Source: Hyphomicrobium sp.
GTDB taxonomy: Bacteria > Pseudomonadota > Alphaproteobacteria > Rhizobiales > Hyphomicrobiaceae
Direction: 5' to 3'
NCBI RefSeq assembly: GCF_047600905.1
Contig: NZ_JASGKD010000001.1
Coordinates: 3,033,949-3,097,948 of the forward strand
DNA: 64,000 bases
Below the pieces are notes generated by a model. That model had not been told where the DNA came from and ran no database searches. It was given only the letters and a program-made list of their open reading frames with translations. A program made the translations under genes and the position numbers. Positions within the stretch are counted from its first letter, which is position 1. Each line of letters opens with the position of its first letter. Positions 19,498 to 31,530 of this stretch are shown piece by piece.

Positions 19498-20259
19498 ATG
19501 GCTGAAGTTTTTTCGCGACCGAATAGCCCGTACGGTGGCGCGCGGACATCTGGCGCGATCGACCAGGGGCTGCGCTCGTTCATGCTCGGCACCTACAACT
19601 ACATGGCACTCGGTGTTGCCGGTACGGCCGCCGTCGTCATGCTTCTCATGGCCTATCCGCAGGTGATGCAGACCATTGCCGTCGGACCCATGAAGTGGGT
19701 CCTGTTTGCCGTTGTCATGGGATTGGGCTGGTTCGCGCCGCGCCTGTTCTTCGGCGGCAGCACAGTGATGGCGCATGGTGCTTATTGGCTCTACTGCGCG
19801 GCGTGGGGCGCGTTGATTGCGCCGATGATCCATTTTTACGTCGCGTCGGGCCTGGAGGGTCTGATTGGTCAGGCGTTTTTCATCGCCGCTGCGATGTTCG
19901 GCGTCACAAGTCTTATTGGTTACACGACCAAGAAGGATATGACCGGCTGGAGCGGCTTCCTGTCGATGGCGTCGATCGGCCTCATCGTCGTGATGCTCGG
20001 CAGCTACTTCTTCATCACCGATCCCGGCACCAGCAAGACGGTAAGCATGGGCATCTCGGCGGTGGTCGTGCTGCTGTTCTCGGTCGTCACGGCTTTCGAG
20101 ACGCAGGCGATCAAGTCGATGTACATCGAGAACGCTCAGTATGGCGGTGAAGAGCAGCTGAAGCGCTCGTCGATCTTTGGCGCCTTCATGCTCTACGGCT
20201 CGTTCATCACGCTTTTCATCCACATCCTGAACCTTCTGGGATTGGCGAACAGGAACTAA
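19498..20259 (+). CDS. Bax inhibitor-1/YccA (YbhL-like) membrane protein
   Basis: IDQGLRSFMLGTYNYMA, GYTTKKD, ETQAIK, LYGSFITLF. Confidence 0.92.
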   Translation: MAEVFSRPNSPYGGARTSGAIDQGLRSFMLGTYNYMALGVAGTAAVVMLLMAYPQVMQTIAVGPMKWVLFAVVMGLGWFAPRLFFGGSTVMAHGAYWLYCAAWGALIAPMIHFYVASGLEGLIGQAFFIAAAMFGVTSLIGYTTKKDMTGWSGFLSMASIGLIVVMLGSYFFITDPGTSKTVSMGISAVVVLLFSVVTAFETQAIKSMYIENAQYGGEEQLKRSSIFGAFMLYGSFITLFIHILNLLGLANRN

Positions 20260-20280
20260 AGTTCGAAGACTGAAATTGCG

Positions 20281-20310
20281 AAAGGCCCCGGTTTTCGGGG
20301 CCTTTTTTAT
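20281..20310 (+). terminator. Rho-independent terminator
   Basis: AAAGGCCCCG-GTTTT-CGGGGCCTTT followed by TTTAT. Confidence 0.85.
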
Positions 20311-20440
20311 TTGCCGGCTTTTTTGTTGGCGCCTGCGGCCGGCTCCCCGGAGGGGAGTCGCAGGCGCGAGTTTGTGTCGGCGTTCGAGACTTTTTTCGAG
20401 AGGTCCCAATCGCAGGAGAGGCCAGAGCGGCGCGGCGCTC

Positions 20441-20839
20441 TTAGAAACTGACAACGTCGGGGCGGTCTTCCAGCACGCTCAGAACGCGCTTCAAGTCATG
20501 GCCGCGCTTCATGATCAGGCCGCCGGCGGCTATCACGCTGTAGGCGCCCTGCTTGCGTGCCAGGCGCAAATCTTTCTCGATGCGATAGAGCGGGTATTCG
20601 CTGGCCTTGCGATAGACGGAGAAAACAGCCTTGTCGCGCAAAAGATCGATGGCGTAATCGCGCCAAGCGCCGGTCGCGACCTTGCGGCCGTAGAGATTGA
20701 GAATGGCCGTCAATTCGTGGCGATCGAAAGTGGTTTGGTGCCTTGGTTCCGAACCGAGGTCGGAAGCTCCAAGTGTGCCCGCAGTGCGCGGGCGGAAAAC
20801 TATCGGTTCGGTTGTCTCGCTCAAACGGCGCCGTCCCAT
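20441..20839 (-). CDS. DUF2794 domain protein
   Basis: FDRHEL..ILNLYGRKVA.G.WRDYAID, PLYRIEK. Confidence 0.85.
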   Translation of the reverse strand: MGRRRLSETTEPIVFRPRTAGTLGASDLGSEPRHQTTFDRHELTAILNLYGRKVATGAWRDYAIDLLRDKAVFSVYRKASEYPLYRIEKDLRLARKQGAYSVIAAGGLIMKRGHDLKRVLSVLEDRPDVVSF

Positions 20840-21037
20840 CGTTGATGATTAAAGATCGCGCCAACGCGCGAGGAAAGCAAGAGAGGTGGCGAAAATCTTG
20901 TGGCCGAAGCCAGATGAACGAGAATGGCCGCAAAGCACGGAAATACCCTGACCCTGACAAATTCAGGACTCCGCTCAGGCCCCAATCCGCCGCATTAAAA
21001 CGCGATAGAGATAACCGTTGCCTTTGGGTCCGACTTC

Positions 21038-21205
21038 AAAGGACCGGCTCTGGATAAATAGCCCCCCAGCCCCCCGGGGCCATAGTTTCGAGGCCGAACT
21101 CTCAGGCAACGCTCCTGGTCGCGTATTGGCTCATCGCTAAGACGCCCCTACTCCCCCGGACATCATGTCCCCAAAGGGCCGGCTCCGCAAAGCCGGTCCT
21201 TTTGG
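21038..21205. ncRNA. Candidate structured small RNA or leader (family not identified)
   Basis: Intergenic, C-rich tracts, terminal hairpin 21173-21202 and a perfect 12-nt complement between 21038-21049 and 21191-21202. Confidence 0.4.
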
Positions 21206-21298
21206 CGTTGCCGCATTGCAAGGGTTTCATTTGAGCCGAATGCGCATTTCGTGCGTATATGGCTTTCGACGTGGGGGAATTTGGATATTGACGTCAAA

Positions 21299-23378
21299 AT
21301 GATAGCAAAACGCAAGGCGGCGTCGAAGCCGCGCCCGAAGGCAAGTGTCAATCCACTGATGACGAAACGGAACGGCGAATTCGCAATGCCGCCGTTCGAC
21401 AAAATCGAGGCGAGGCATTTCAAGCCCGCGCTCGAAGCCGCATTTCGCGAGCACAAAGCCGAGATCGAAAAAATCGCGGGCAATCCGGCAAAAGCGACGT
21501 TCGCCAATACCATCGTCGCGCTTGAGAAGAGCGGCTGGCAATTGTCGCGCGTTGCGTCGATCTTCTGGAATCTCGAAGGTTCGGACTCGACGGCGGAATT
21601 GCAGGAAATCGCCCGGGATATGGCGCCTCGCTTTGCGGCGCACGAAACACAAATTCTGCTCGACAAGCGTTTGTTCAAGCGCGTTGACGATCTCTACAAG
21701 CGGCGTGAGGCGTTGAAGCTCAACGACGAAGAGCTGCGCGTCCTGGAGCGGCATCATCTGGAGTTCGTTCGCGCGGGCGCGCGACTGTCGCCGGCGGAAA
21801 AATCCCGCGTCAAGGAAATCAATGCGCGGCTGGCGACGCTCGTCACGCAATTCATGCAGAACGTCCTGAAGGACGAGCAGTCCTGGCAGCTTGTGCTCGA
21901 CGGCAAGAACGATCTGGCGGGACTGCCTGATACGCTCAAGGAAAGCGCCGAGCGCGCTGCGGCCGATGCCGGCCTCAAGGGCAAAGGGCTGGTGACGCTG
22001 GCTAGATCGAGCGTTGAAGGGTTTCTCACCTATTCGAGTTGCCGCGATCTTCGCGAGCAGGCGTTCAACGCGTGGATCAGCCGTGGGGCACGCGCGGGCG
22101 ATACCGACAACCGGCAGATCGTGACCGAAGCCGTGGCTCTGCGCGGTGAATATGCGCGTCTGATGGGTTTCAAATCATTCGCGGAATTCAGCCTGCAGGA
22201 CACGATGGCGAAGACGCCGGGTGCTGTCGATGAGCTTCTGCGCGCGGTGTGGGAAAGAGCCGTCGACCGGGCGCGAGATGAACGCGATCTGCTTACAGCA
22301 GAAGCGCAGAATGCCGGCGACAACTCCGAGATCATGCCGTGGGACTGGCGCTATTATTCGGAGAAAGTCCGCAAGGCCAAATACGATTTCGACGAGTTCG
22401 AAGCTGCAGCCCTATCTCGAACTCGATCACATGATCCGCGCCGCCTTCGACACGGCGACGAAGCTTTTCGGGCTGAAGTTCAAGGAGCGCAAGGATCTGC
22501 CGCGCTATCATCCGGATGTGCGCATCTGGGAAGTGCTGAACAAGAAAGGCCAGCACGTCGGGATCTTCATGGGCGATTATTTCGCGCGGCCGACGAAGCG
22601 GTCGGGGGCGTGGATGTCGTCGTTCCGGTCGCAGCACAAACTGGGAAAAGGCCAGACGCCGATCATCGTCAACGTCTTAAACTTCACCAAGGGCGGCGAT
22701 GGTGCGCCGGCGCTCTTGTCTTTCGATGATGCGCGGACGCTATTCCATGAATTCGGCCATGGCCTGCATGGCTTGCTATCGGACGTGACGTATCCGTCGA
22801 TTTCGGGAACGTCGGTGTCGCGCGATTTCGTCGAGCTGCCATCGCAGCTCTACGAGCATTGGCTGTCGACGGCGGACGTGCTCGAAAAGCACGCGCTGCA
22901 CTACAAGACCGGCAAGCCGATGCCGAAGGCCTTGCGCCAGCAGCTGAAGGCGGCGCGCAATTTCAATCAGGGCTTCGCGACGGTGGAATATACGTCGTCG
23001 GCGCTGGTCGACATGGCGCTTTATTCGGCCGATGTTACCGAGATCGGTGATGTCGAAGGGTTCGAGCGCGCGACGCTCAACGGCATCAACATGCCGAAAG
23101 AGATCGTGATGCGTCACCGGTTGCCGCACTTCATGCACATCATGTCGGGCTATGCGGCAGGATATTACAGCTATCTGTGGTCGGAAGTGATGGACGCCGA
23201 TGCGTTCGCCGCCTTCGAAGAGACCGGCAACGTGTTTCATCCGGCGACGGCGCGGAAGCTGCACGAGTTCATTTATTCCGCCGGCAACCGGCGTGATCCG
23301 CATGCGGCTTACGTGGCGTTCCGCGGCCGGCCGCCGAAGATCGACGGTTTGCTGAAAAAGCGCGGGCTGGCTGCTTAA
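21299..23378 (+). pseudogene. dcp: M3 family peptidyl-dipeptidase Dcp, split by a +1 frameshift at about 22397 (probably an assembly error)
   Basis: N-half ORF (NPL..PPFDKI, PWDW.YYSEKVR) and C-half ORF with HEFGH, DFVELPSQ, GYAAGYYSY; deleting one T gives a 692-aa protein reading YDFDESKLQPYLELD. Confidence 0.85.
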
Positions 23379-23382
23379 TCTA

Positions 23383-23410
23383 TTTCCTTCTCCCCAACGG
23401 GAGAAGGAAA
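23383..23410. terminator. Perfect palindromic hairpin between convergent genes (bidirectional terminator or REP-like)
   Basis: TTTCCTTCTCCC-CAAC-GGGAGAAGGAAA, 12-bp stem. Confidence 0.7.
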
Positions 23411-23412
23411 CG

Positions 23413-24171
23413 CTACCACAGCCCAGCCAGGGTGGCGCCGATGATCGGGCCGCTACGGCCTTCCTGAAGAAGGACGACGACTTTCTGCACGTCGGCCTGC
23501 ATCATGGCGGCGCGAGGCAGTTGAACCTGCATCGGACTGCCCTTCCACAGCCCGACCGGCGTCAGCTCGCGCACGATGTTGGTGTAGGTCAGCGTTTTAC
23601 CGGCGTTCTCGCCGTCCTTGATCGGCACAGATCCGGACATTTGAACGACGCCGAGCCAGACGGTGGCTTCGCGCGGCGGGTGGCCTGGCGCGTCGCCGCC
23701 CAATGCGAAGTTCAGGGTATTGCGCTCCTGCCAGAAGCGGACCGGGATTTGCGCCGGGCCTGCCGTCTTGGAGGTTTCGGTGATGGCGTTCTCGATCGCG
23801 TCTTTCGATGCACCGTTGACGGGGGTCAGACCATTGACCACGGCCTGGGGCGTGTAGATGGCGCCGTCGCCCCGGGCTCGCGCGTAGTTTCTCTGCCGTT
23901 CGGAATTGCGCGGGGAAGCAAAGGTGTCCTTCCAGCCGAGATAGTTCCAATAGTCAACCGGCATTGAGAGGGCGATGATCGAGGGATCATCAGCGAGCGT
24001 TTTCAAAAGCGCGTCAGCGGGCGGGCAAGATGAGCAGCCTTGGCTGGTGAACAGTTCCACGACAGCCTTAACGGGTGCGCTGGGTTGCTCGACGGGCATT
24101 TCTTGCGCCGGAGCAGGAAGGGCGCCGCTGAACAGGACGACGGCCGCCAGCAAGATTTGGTGAAAACGCAT
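23413..24171 (-). CDS. DUF1223 thioredoxin-like exported protein
   Basis: VVELFTSQGCSSCPPAD, VDYWNYLGWKD, YTPQAVVNG. Confidence 0.9.
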   Translation of the reverse strand: MRFHQILLAAVVLFSGALPAPAQEMPVEQPSAPVKAVVELFTSQGCSSCPPADALLKTLADDPSIIALSMPVDYWNYLGWKDTFASPRNSERQRNYARARGDGAIYTPQAVVNGLTPVNGASKDAIENAITETSKTAGPAQIPVRFWQERNTLNFALGGDAPGHPPREATVWLGVVQMSGSVPIKDGENAGKTLTYTNIVRELTPVGLWKGSPMQVQLPRAAMMQADVQKVVVLLQEGRSGPIIGATLAGLW

Positions 24172-24429
24172 TGGTATTCCTGAAGCTGTCCAACCAGCCA
24201 TTCGACCTATTAGACCTATCGACCGACTTTCCACAAAGTGAAACGCGGGTAAGTAATCTCACAAACCAGTGACCCAGCAGACGAATTTCGGCCAGCGCCG
24301 GCGTCACAATGGGATGGTGCGCATATCCCTGACGTCTACGCGAAATCTTGCCGCGATGTTACCTTTTCCGGGCGGTAAAAAGCTCTGAGAATTACTGCTG
24401 CGGCGCGAGAGATGCCTACTGTTCGGCGG

Positions 24430-24999
24430 ATGACCAAAATGAACATAAGACGCCTTGTTCTTTTGCCATTGGCCGTCTTCGCCGTGATGGCGACCGTCTA
24501 TGCCGCGATCGAAATCGACCGAGGCAACTTTCATGAGGTTGTGGCGGGAGAACTCTATCGCTCGGCTCAGCCGCGCGGTGACGACATCGATAGGTACGTT
24601 CGAGCCTACGGCATCAAGTCGGTTCTCAATCTGCGCGGCGCCAATCCCGGCAAGTCATGGTATCGCGACGAGATTGCTGCTGCTTCGCGTAACAGGCTCG
24701 CTCATGCCGATCTGGCCTTGAAGGCCGACAGGGCGCTCGACGATGCATCCGTCGCGGCGCTGATGACGCTGTTCGCATCATTGCCGAAGCCGCTGCTTAT
24801 TCATTGTGAAGGGGGCGCGGATCGAACAGGGCTTGCGGCGGCCCTTTATTTGGCTTCGGTCAAGCATGCGTCCGAATGGGCGGCGGAGCTACAGCTTTCG
24901 ATCCTTTATGGGCATATCGGGCTGCCGCTGACGCACGGCTGGGCGATGTCGACGACGTTCGAGCGGCTCGAACCGCGGCTCGGATATCCCAACTCCTGA
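24430..24999 (+). CDS. Cys-dependent protein-tyrosine/dual-specificity phosphatase family protein with N-terminal membrane anchor
   Basis: LYRSAQP, IKSVLNLRG, P-loop HCEGGADRTG; start uncertain (24412-24439). Confidence 0.85.
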   Translation: MTKMNIRRLVLLPLAVFAVMATVYAAIEIDRGNFHEVVAGELYRSAQPRGDDIDRYVRAYGIKSVLNLRGANPGKSWYRDEIAAASRNRLAHADLALKADRALDDASVAALMTLFASLPKPLLIHCEGGADRTGLAAALYLASVKHASEWAAELQLSILYGHIGLPLTHGWAMSTTFERLEPRLGYPNS

Positions 25000-25054
25000 T
25001 CGTGTGGTGTTCCTGCAGTCCCACGTGGCGCGGGACCGCAGGAGGATGGTGGCG

Positions 25055-27769
<2,715 letters not shown>

Positions 27770-28016
27770 GGTCAGGCCTCCGAAAGATTAAGACGAAGGG
27801 CTGCGCCGCCGGAGTGCCGACGGATCGAGGACGCCCCGTGGCACATCAGACTGGTAACAGACTGGGCCGCGCGACCCCCTCGCTTTTGCGCTAGCGAAGG
27901 ATACAACGTGCCTTTTATATAAGCATCTCGAAAAGAAAAGACCAATCATTGCCGCGGTAAGATTCCGCGCGATTGGGCCGCGTTTGCTCATTCAGAAGTC
28001 ACGGAATCCGATCCCT

Positions 28017-28640
28017 GTGCAGCTCATTGCCGAAGACTTGGTCATAGATCGCGGGTCGCGCCGGGTCATCGATGGGTTGTCGTTCTCCGTAAAGCGCGGC
28101 GAGGTGCTGGTTCTGACCGGAGCCAACGGCATCGGCAAGACGACGTTGCTCAGAACGCTCGCCGGATTCATTCGGCCATTCCGCGGGTTTGTCCGGCTCG
28201 ATGGCGGCGACCCGGAGCTTTCGGTTGCCGAGCAGGCGCATGCCGTCGGACATTCGAATGCGGTGAAGTCGAGTTTGAGCGTGATCGAGAACGCGGCGTT
28301 CTGGAATGCCTACCTCGAGAGCGGCGATCATTCGGGCGAGCGGATCGAGGCCGCGCTTCGCCATTTCGGATTGGAAGACCTTGCGGAATTTCCCGCCGCC
28401 TATCTGTCGGCGGGACAGAAGCGACGATTGGGCTTGGCCCGGCTGCTCGTTGCACATCGGCCGTTGTGGCTGCTTGACGAGCCGACGGCGTCGCTCGATG
28501 TCGCGTCATCCGAGCGGCTGGTCGCCGCCGTCAATGCGCACACGGATGAAGGCGGCCTCGCCGTCATCGCGACGCATCTGCCGCTGGGGCTCGAACGTGC
28601 GCGGACTCTCGATCTGGCGGCGCAGAGGATAGCGGCGTGA
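28017..28640 (+). CDS. ccmA: Heme exporter ATP-binding subunit
   Basis: GANGIGKTT, LSAGQKRR, WLLDEP; start 28017 (GTG) or 27984. Confidence 0.95.
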   Translation: MQLIAEDLVIDRGSRRVIDGLSFSVKRGEVLVLTGANGIGKTTLLRTLAGFIRPFRGFVRLDGGDPELSVAEQAHAVGHSNAVKSSLSVIENAAFWNAYLESGDHSGERIEAALRHFGLEDLAEFPAAYLSAGQKRRLGLARLLVAHRPLWLLDEPTASLDVASSERLVAAVNAHTDEGGLAVIATHLPLGLERARTLDLAAQRIAA

Positions 28641-29302
28641 AAAGCTTCCTGGCGCTCCTGACGCGCGATTTGCGGCTTGCGGTTCGCGAAGGCGGTGCGA
28701 TCGGGACGGCGCTCGGCTTCTTTTTAGTTGTCGTATCGCTGATGCCGCTGGGGCTCGGGCCCGATCTCAATCTTCTGGCGCGGATTGCGGCGGGCGTCCT
28801 ATGGATCGCGCTGCTGCTGGCGGCGCTGTTATCTCTCAACCGCATCTTCGAAGCGGATTATGAAGACGGAACGCTCGATGTGCTGGCGGCGGGGCCGCTG
28901 CCACTCGAACTCGTCAGCGCGGCGAAAGCGCTCGCGCATTGGATTACGACCGGCATTCCGCTCGCCGTTCTGGCGCCAGTGCTTGGCATTCTGCTCAATC
29001 TCGATCTTGCGTCGTATCCCATCCTGATGGCGACGACGCTGATCGGGACGCCGGCGGTGAGTTTTCTCGGCGCGATCGGGGCGGCGTTGACCATGAAAAC
29101 GCGCCGGGGTGGACTTCTTCTGGCCCTGATCGTGCTGCCCCTATACGTTCCGACCCTGATTTTCGGGATTTCCGCCGTCAGCGCGGGAGCGGGGCCCGAA
29201 GGGCTCGGAGCATCGTTTCTCATCCTGGCGGCGATATCGCTCGTCACGATGGTGCTGGGTCCGGTGGCGGCCGCGGCGGCGCTGCGGGTCCAGATGCAGT
29301 AA
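28637..29302 (+). CDS. ccmB: Heme exporter permease
   Basis: DYEDGTLD, KALAHW, LPLYVPTLIFG. Confidence 0.96.
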   Translation: MKSFLALLTRDLRLAVREGGAIGTALGFFLVVVSLMPLGLGPDLNLLARIAAGVLWIALLLAALLSLNRIFEADYEDGTLDVLAAGPLPLELVSAAKALAHWITTGIPLAVLAPVLGILLNLDLASYPILMATTLIGTPAVSFLGAIGAALTMKTRRGGLLLALIVLPLYVPTLIFGISAVSAGAGPEGLGASFLILAAISLVTMVLGPVAAAAALRVQMQ

Positions 29303-29364
29303 TTCAATAAATGGTAACTTCGAGCTTCATTGCGCCCATTCGTTTTAAGGCTTAAATCCCGCCC

Positions 29365-30117
29365 ATGCAGACGCTGACGCAACGCCTCGCCAATCCGACC
29401 CGCTTCATGGAGCTTTCCGCCCGGCTGATACCGTGGTTGGCGGCGGCGACCGCCGTGCTGTTGGTATACGGGCTTTATCTGGCGTTCTTCGATTCGCCCG
29501 CCGACTATCAGCAGGGTGAGACGGTCAGGATCATGTACATCCACGTGCCGTGCGCGTGGCTGTCGATGATGATCTATGGCCTGATCGCCGCTTCGAGCTT
29601 CGGGCTCTTGGTTTTTCGTCATCCGCTCGCGGATGTGTCGGCCAAGGCTGCAGCGCCGCTCGGCGCGGCGTTTACGTTTCTGGCGCTCGTCACCGGCTCG
29701 CTGTGGGGCAAGCCGATGTGGGGCACCTACTGGGTGTGGGACGCGCGGCTGACGTCGGTGCTGCTGCTGTTCTTTCTGTATCTCGGGCTGATCGCGCTGA
29801 GGTCGGCGCTGGAAGACGAAGGCGCGGCGGCGAAATTGACGGCGGTGCTGGCGCTCGTCGGCGTGACGCTGTTGCCGATCATCAAGTTTTCGGTCGACTG
29901 GTGGAATACGCTGCATCAGCCGTCGACGGATTTCACTTCGACCGTCGATCCGAGCATGCGATTGCCGCTGCTCGTCATGGCGCTGGCGTTCACGCTGATG
30001 TTCTTCGCCATGCATTTGAAGGCGATGCGCAATGAAATTCTGCGGCGCCGGGTCAAGTCGCTTCGCACCCAGATCGTCATGGGCCGCGACCGTCTCGCGC
30101 CGCAGGCGGCGGAGTGA
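29365..30117 (+). CDS. ccmC: Heme exporter / heme chaperone-loading subunit
   Basis: IMYIHVP, WWD-type motif WGKPMWGTYWVWDARLT, WWNTLHQ. Confidence 0.97.
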   Translation: MQTLTQRLANPTRFMELSARLIPWLAAATAVLLVYGLYLAFFDSPADYQQGETVRIMYIHVPCAWLSMMIYGLIAASSFGLLVFRHPLADVSAKAAAPLGAAFTFLALVTGSLWGKPMWGTYWVWDARLTSVLLLFFLYLGLIALRSALEDEGAAAKLTAVLALVGVTLLPIIKFSVDWWNTLHQPSTDFTSTVDPSMRLPLLVMALAFTLMFFAMHLKAMRNEILRRRVKSLRTQIVMGRDRLAPQAAE

Positions 30118-30122
30118 ACATC

Positions 30123-30284
30123 ATGGATCTCGGGCCGCACGCCGCATTCATCTGGATTTCGTATGCCGTCGTCGCGGTAACCGTCACGGGCCTCGTCATG
30201 TGGCTCGCCGCCGATGGCTGGAAACAGCGTGCCGAACTCGACACGCTCGAACGCCAGGGCGTGAAGCGGCGTTCGTCCACCTAA
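30123..30284 (+). CDS. ccmD: Heme exporter protein D (53 aa, missed by the ORF track)
   Basis: My translation: MDLGPHAAFIWISYAVVAVTVTGLVMWLAADGWKQRAELDTLERQGVKRRSST; position between ccmC and ccmG. Confidence 0.9.
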   Translation: MDLGPHAAFIWISYAVVAVTVTGLVMWLAADGWKQRAELDTLERQGVKRRSST

Positions 30285-30298
30285 CGGAAAGAGATACC

Positions 30299-30895
30299 GT
30301 GGCCCAGGGTCGATCGAATTTTCTGCGCCTTCTGCCGGTTGCCGTGTTCGTGGTCATCGCCGGATTTTTCGCAGCGGCGCTCAGATCCGGCGATCCGTCG
30401 CTGCTGCCGTCGACGCTTGTCGGCAAGCCCGTGCCGGCAACGACGTTTCCGGCGCTCGATGGCCTGGAGACGGCGCAGGGAACGCCGGAGCCCGGCTTCA
30501 CTTCGGCCGATCTGGCAAAGGGCAAGATCTCGGTCGTCAACTACTGGGCGTCATGGTGCGCGCCGTGCGTCGATGAGCATCCGATGCTGGAAAGGCTCAA
30601 GGAGGCCGCAGGCGTCGATATCTACGGCATCAATTACAAGGATCAGGCGCCCGCCGCGCGGCGGTTTCTCGGCCGTTATGGCAATCCGTTTACGGCGGTC
30701 GGAACCGACAGTGACGGTCGGGCTGCGATCGACTGGGGCGTTTATGGAACGCCCGAGACGTTCGTCGTCAACGGCCGAGGCGACGTGATCTATAAGCACG
30801 TCGGCCCGATTACCGAAGACTCGCTCAACAGCAAGCTTCTGCCTGTCATCGCGAAGGCCAAAGCCGAGGCGACTCCTGCTGGTCCTTCTTCCTAA
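30299..30895 (+). CDS. ccmG: Thiol:disulfide interchange protein CcmG/DsbE
   Basis: NYWASWCAPC, GINYKD, WGVYGTPETF; GTG start. Confidence 0.95.
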   Translation: MAQGRSNFLRLLPVAVFVVIAGFFAAALRSGDPSLLPSTLVGKPVPATTFPALDGLETAQGTPEPGFTSADLAKGKISVVNYWASWCAPCVDEHPMLERLKEAAGVDIYGINYKDQAPAARRFLGRYGNPFTAVGTDSDGRAAIDWGVYGTPETFVVNGRGDVIYKHVGPITEDSLNSKLLPVIAKAKAEATPAGPSS

Positions 30896-31530
30896 AGCGC
30901 GAAGAACTGGCCACGCGAGTGGTTCAGCACGGTCAGCGTTCCCGACTTGATATCGAAATGGGCGCCGTGGAGCGACAGCCGGCCCTTTTCTTCCTGCTCT
31001 TTCACGAACGGAAACGTGCGCAGGTTGGCGATCGATTGCTTGACGGCTTCCTTCTCGAGCGCTTCCTGACGAACGCTGGCGCTGCTGTTTTGATGGGCGG
31101 CAAGAACGTTCAGGCGGGCATCGTCGAGCATCGACATCCAGCGTGAGATGAAGTGCGCTTCGGTCTGGATCGCGGCGCTCTGATCAAGGGCCGCTTTGAC
31201 GCCGCCACAGCCGGAATGGCCCATGACGATCATGTTCTTGACGCGAAGGTTCAGGACCGCGAACTCCATCGCGGCGCTGACGCCGTGATACTTGCCGCTG
31301 ACCTCGTAGGGCGGAACGAGATTTGCGACGTTGCGGACGACGAACAGTTCGCCCGGCATGGCGCTGAAGATCGTCTCGGGATCGACGCGGCTGTCGGAGC
31401 ACGAGACGATCATCGTCTCAGGGCTCTGCCCATAGGTCGCGAGTTCTTCATATTGGTCGGCGTTCGGAACGAAATGGCGATGGCGAAAGCGGCGATAGCG
31501 GTCGGTCAACGTCTCGGGGAAACTGCTCAT
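30892..31530 (-). CDS. Beta-class carbonic anhydrase
   Basis: SCSDSRV, RNVAN, GHSGCGG. Confidence 0.95.
   Translation of the reverse strand: MSSFPETLTDRYRRFRHRHFVPNADQYEELATYGQSPETMIVSCSDSRVDPETIFSAMPGELFVVRNVANLVPPYEVSGKYHGVSAAMEFAVLNLRVKNMIVMGHSGCGGVKAALDQSAAIQTEAHFISRWMSMLDDARLNVLAAHQNSSASVRQEALEKEAVKQSIANLRTFPFVKEQEEKGRLSLHGAHFDIKSGTLTVLNHSRGQFFAL

Noticed and set aside
21038-21205. Assignment as 6S RNA or SRP RNA (ffs)
   Set aside because: No SRP GGAA tetraloop motif (CAGG-CCGGAAGG-AGCAG) and no zapA/ygfA context; I cannot support a family call
22380-22410. Programmed ribosomal frameshift in dcp
   Set aside because: It would need a +1 shift with no slippery site or hungry/stop codon, and the same sequence context recurs in dnaQ, favouring an indel
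29335-29345. TTAA-GGC-TTAA upstream of ccmC as a CtrA box
   Set aside because: Spacer is 3 nt, not 7
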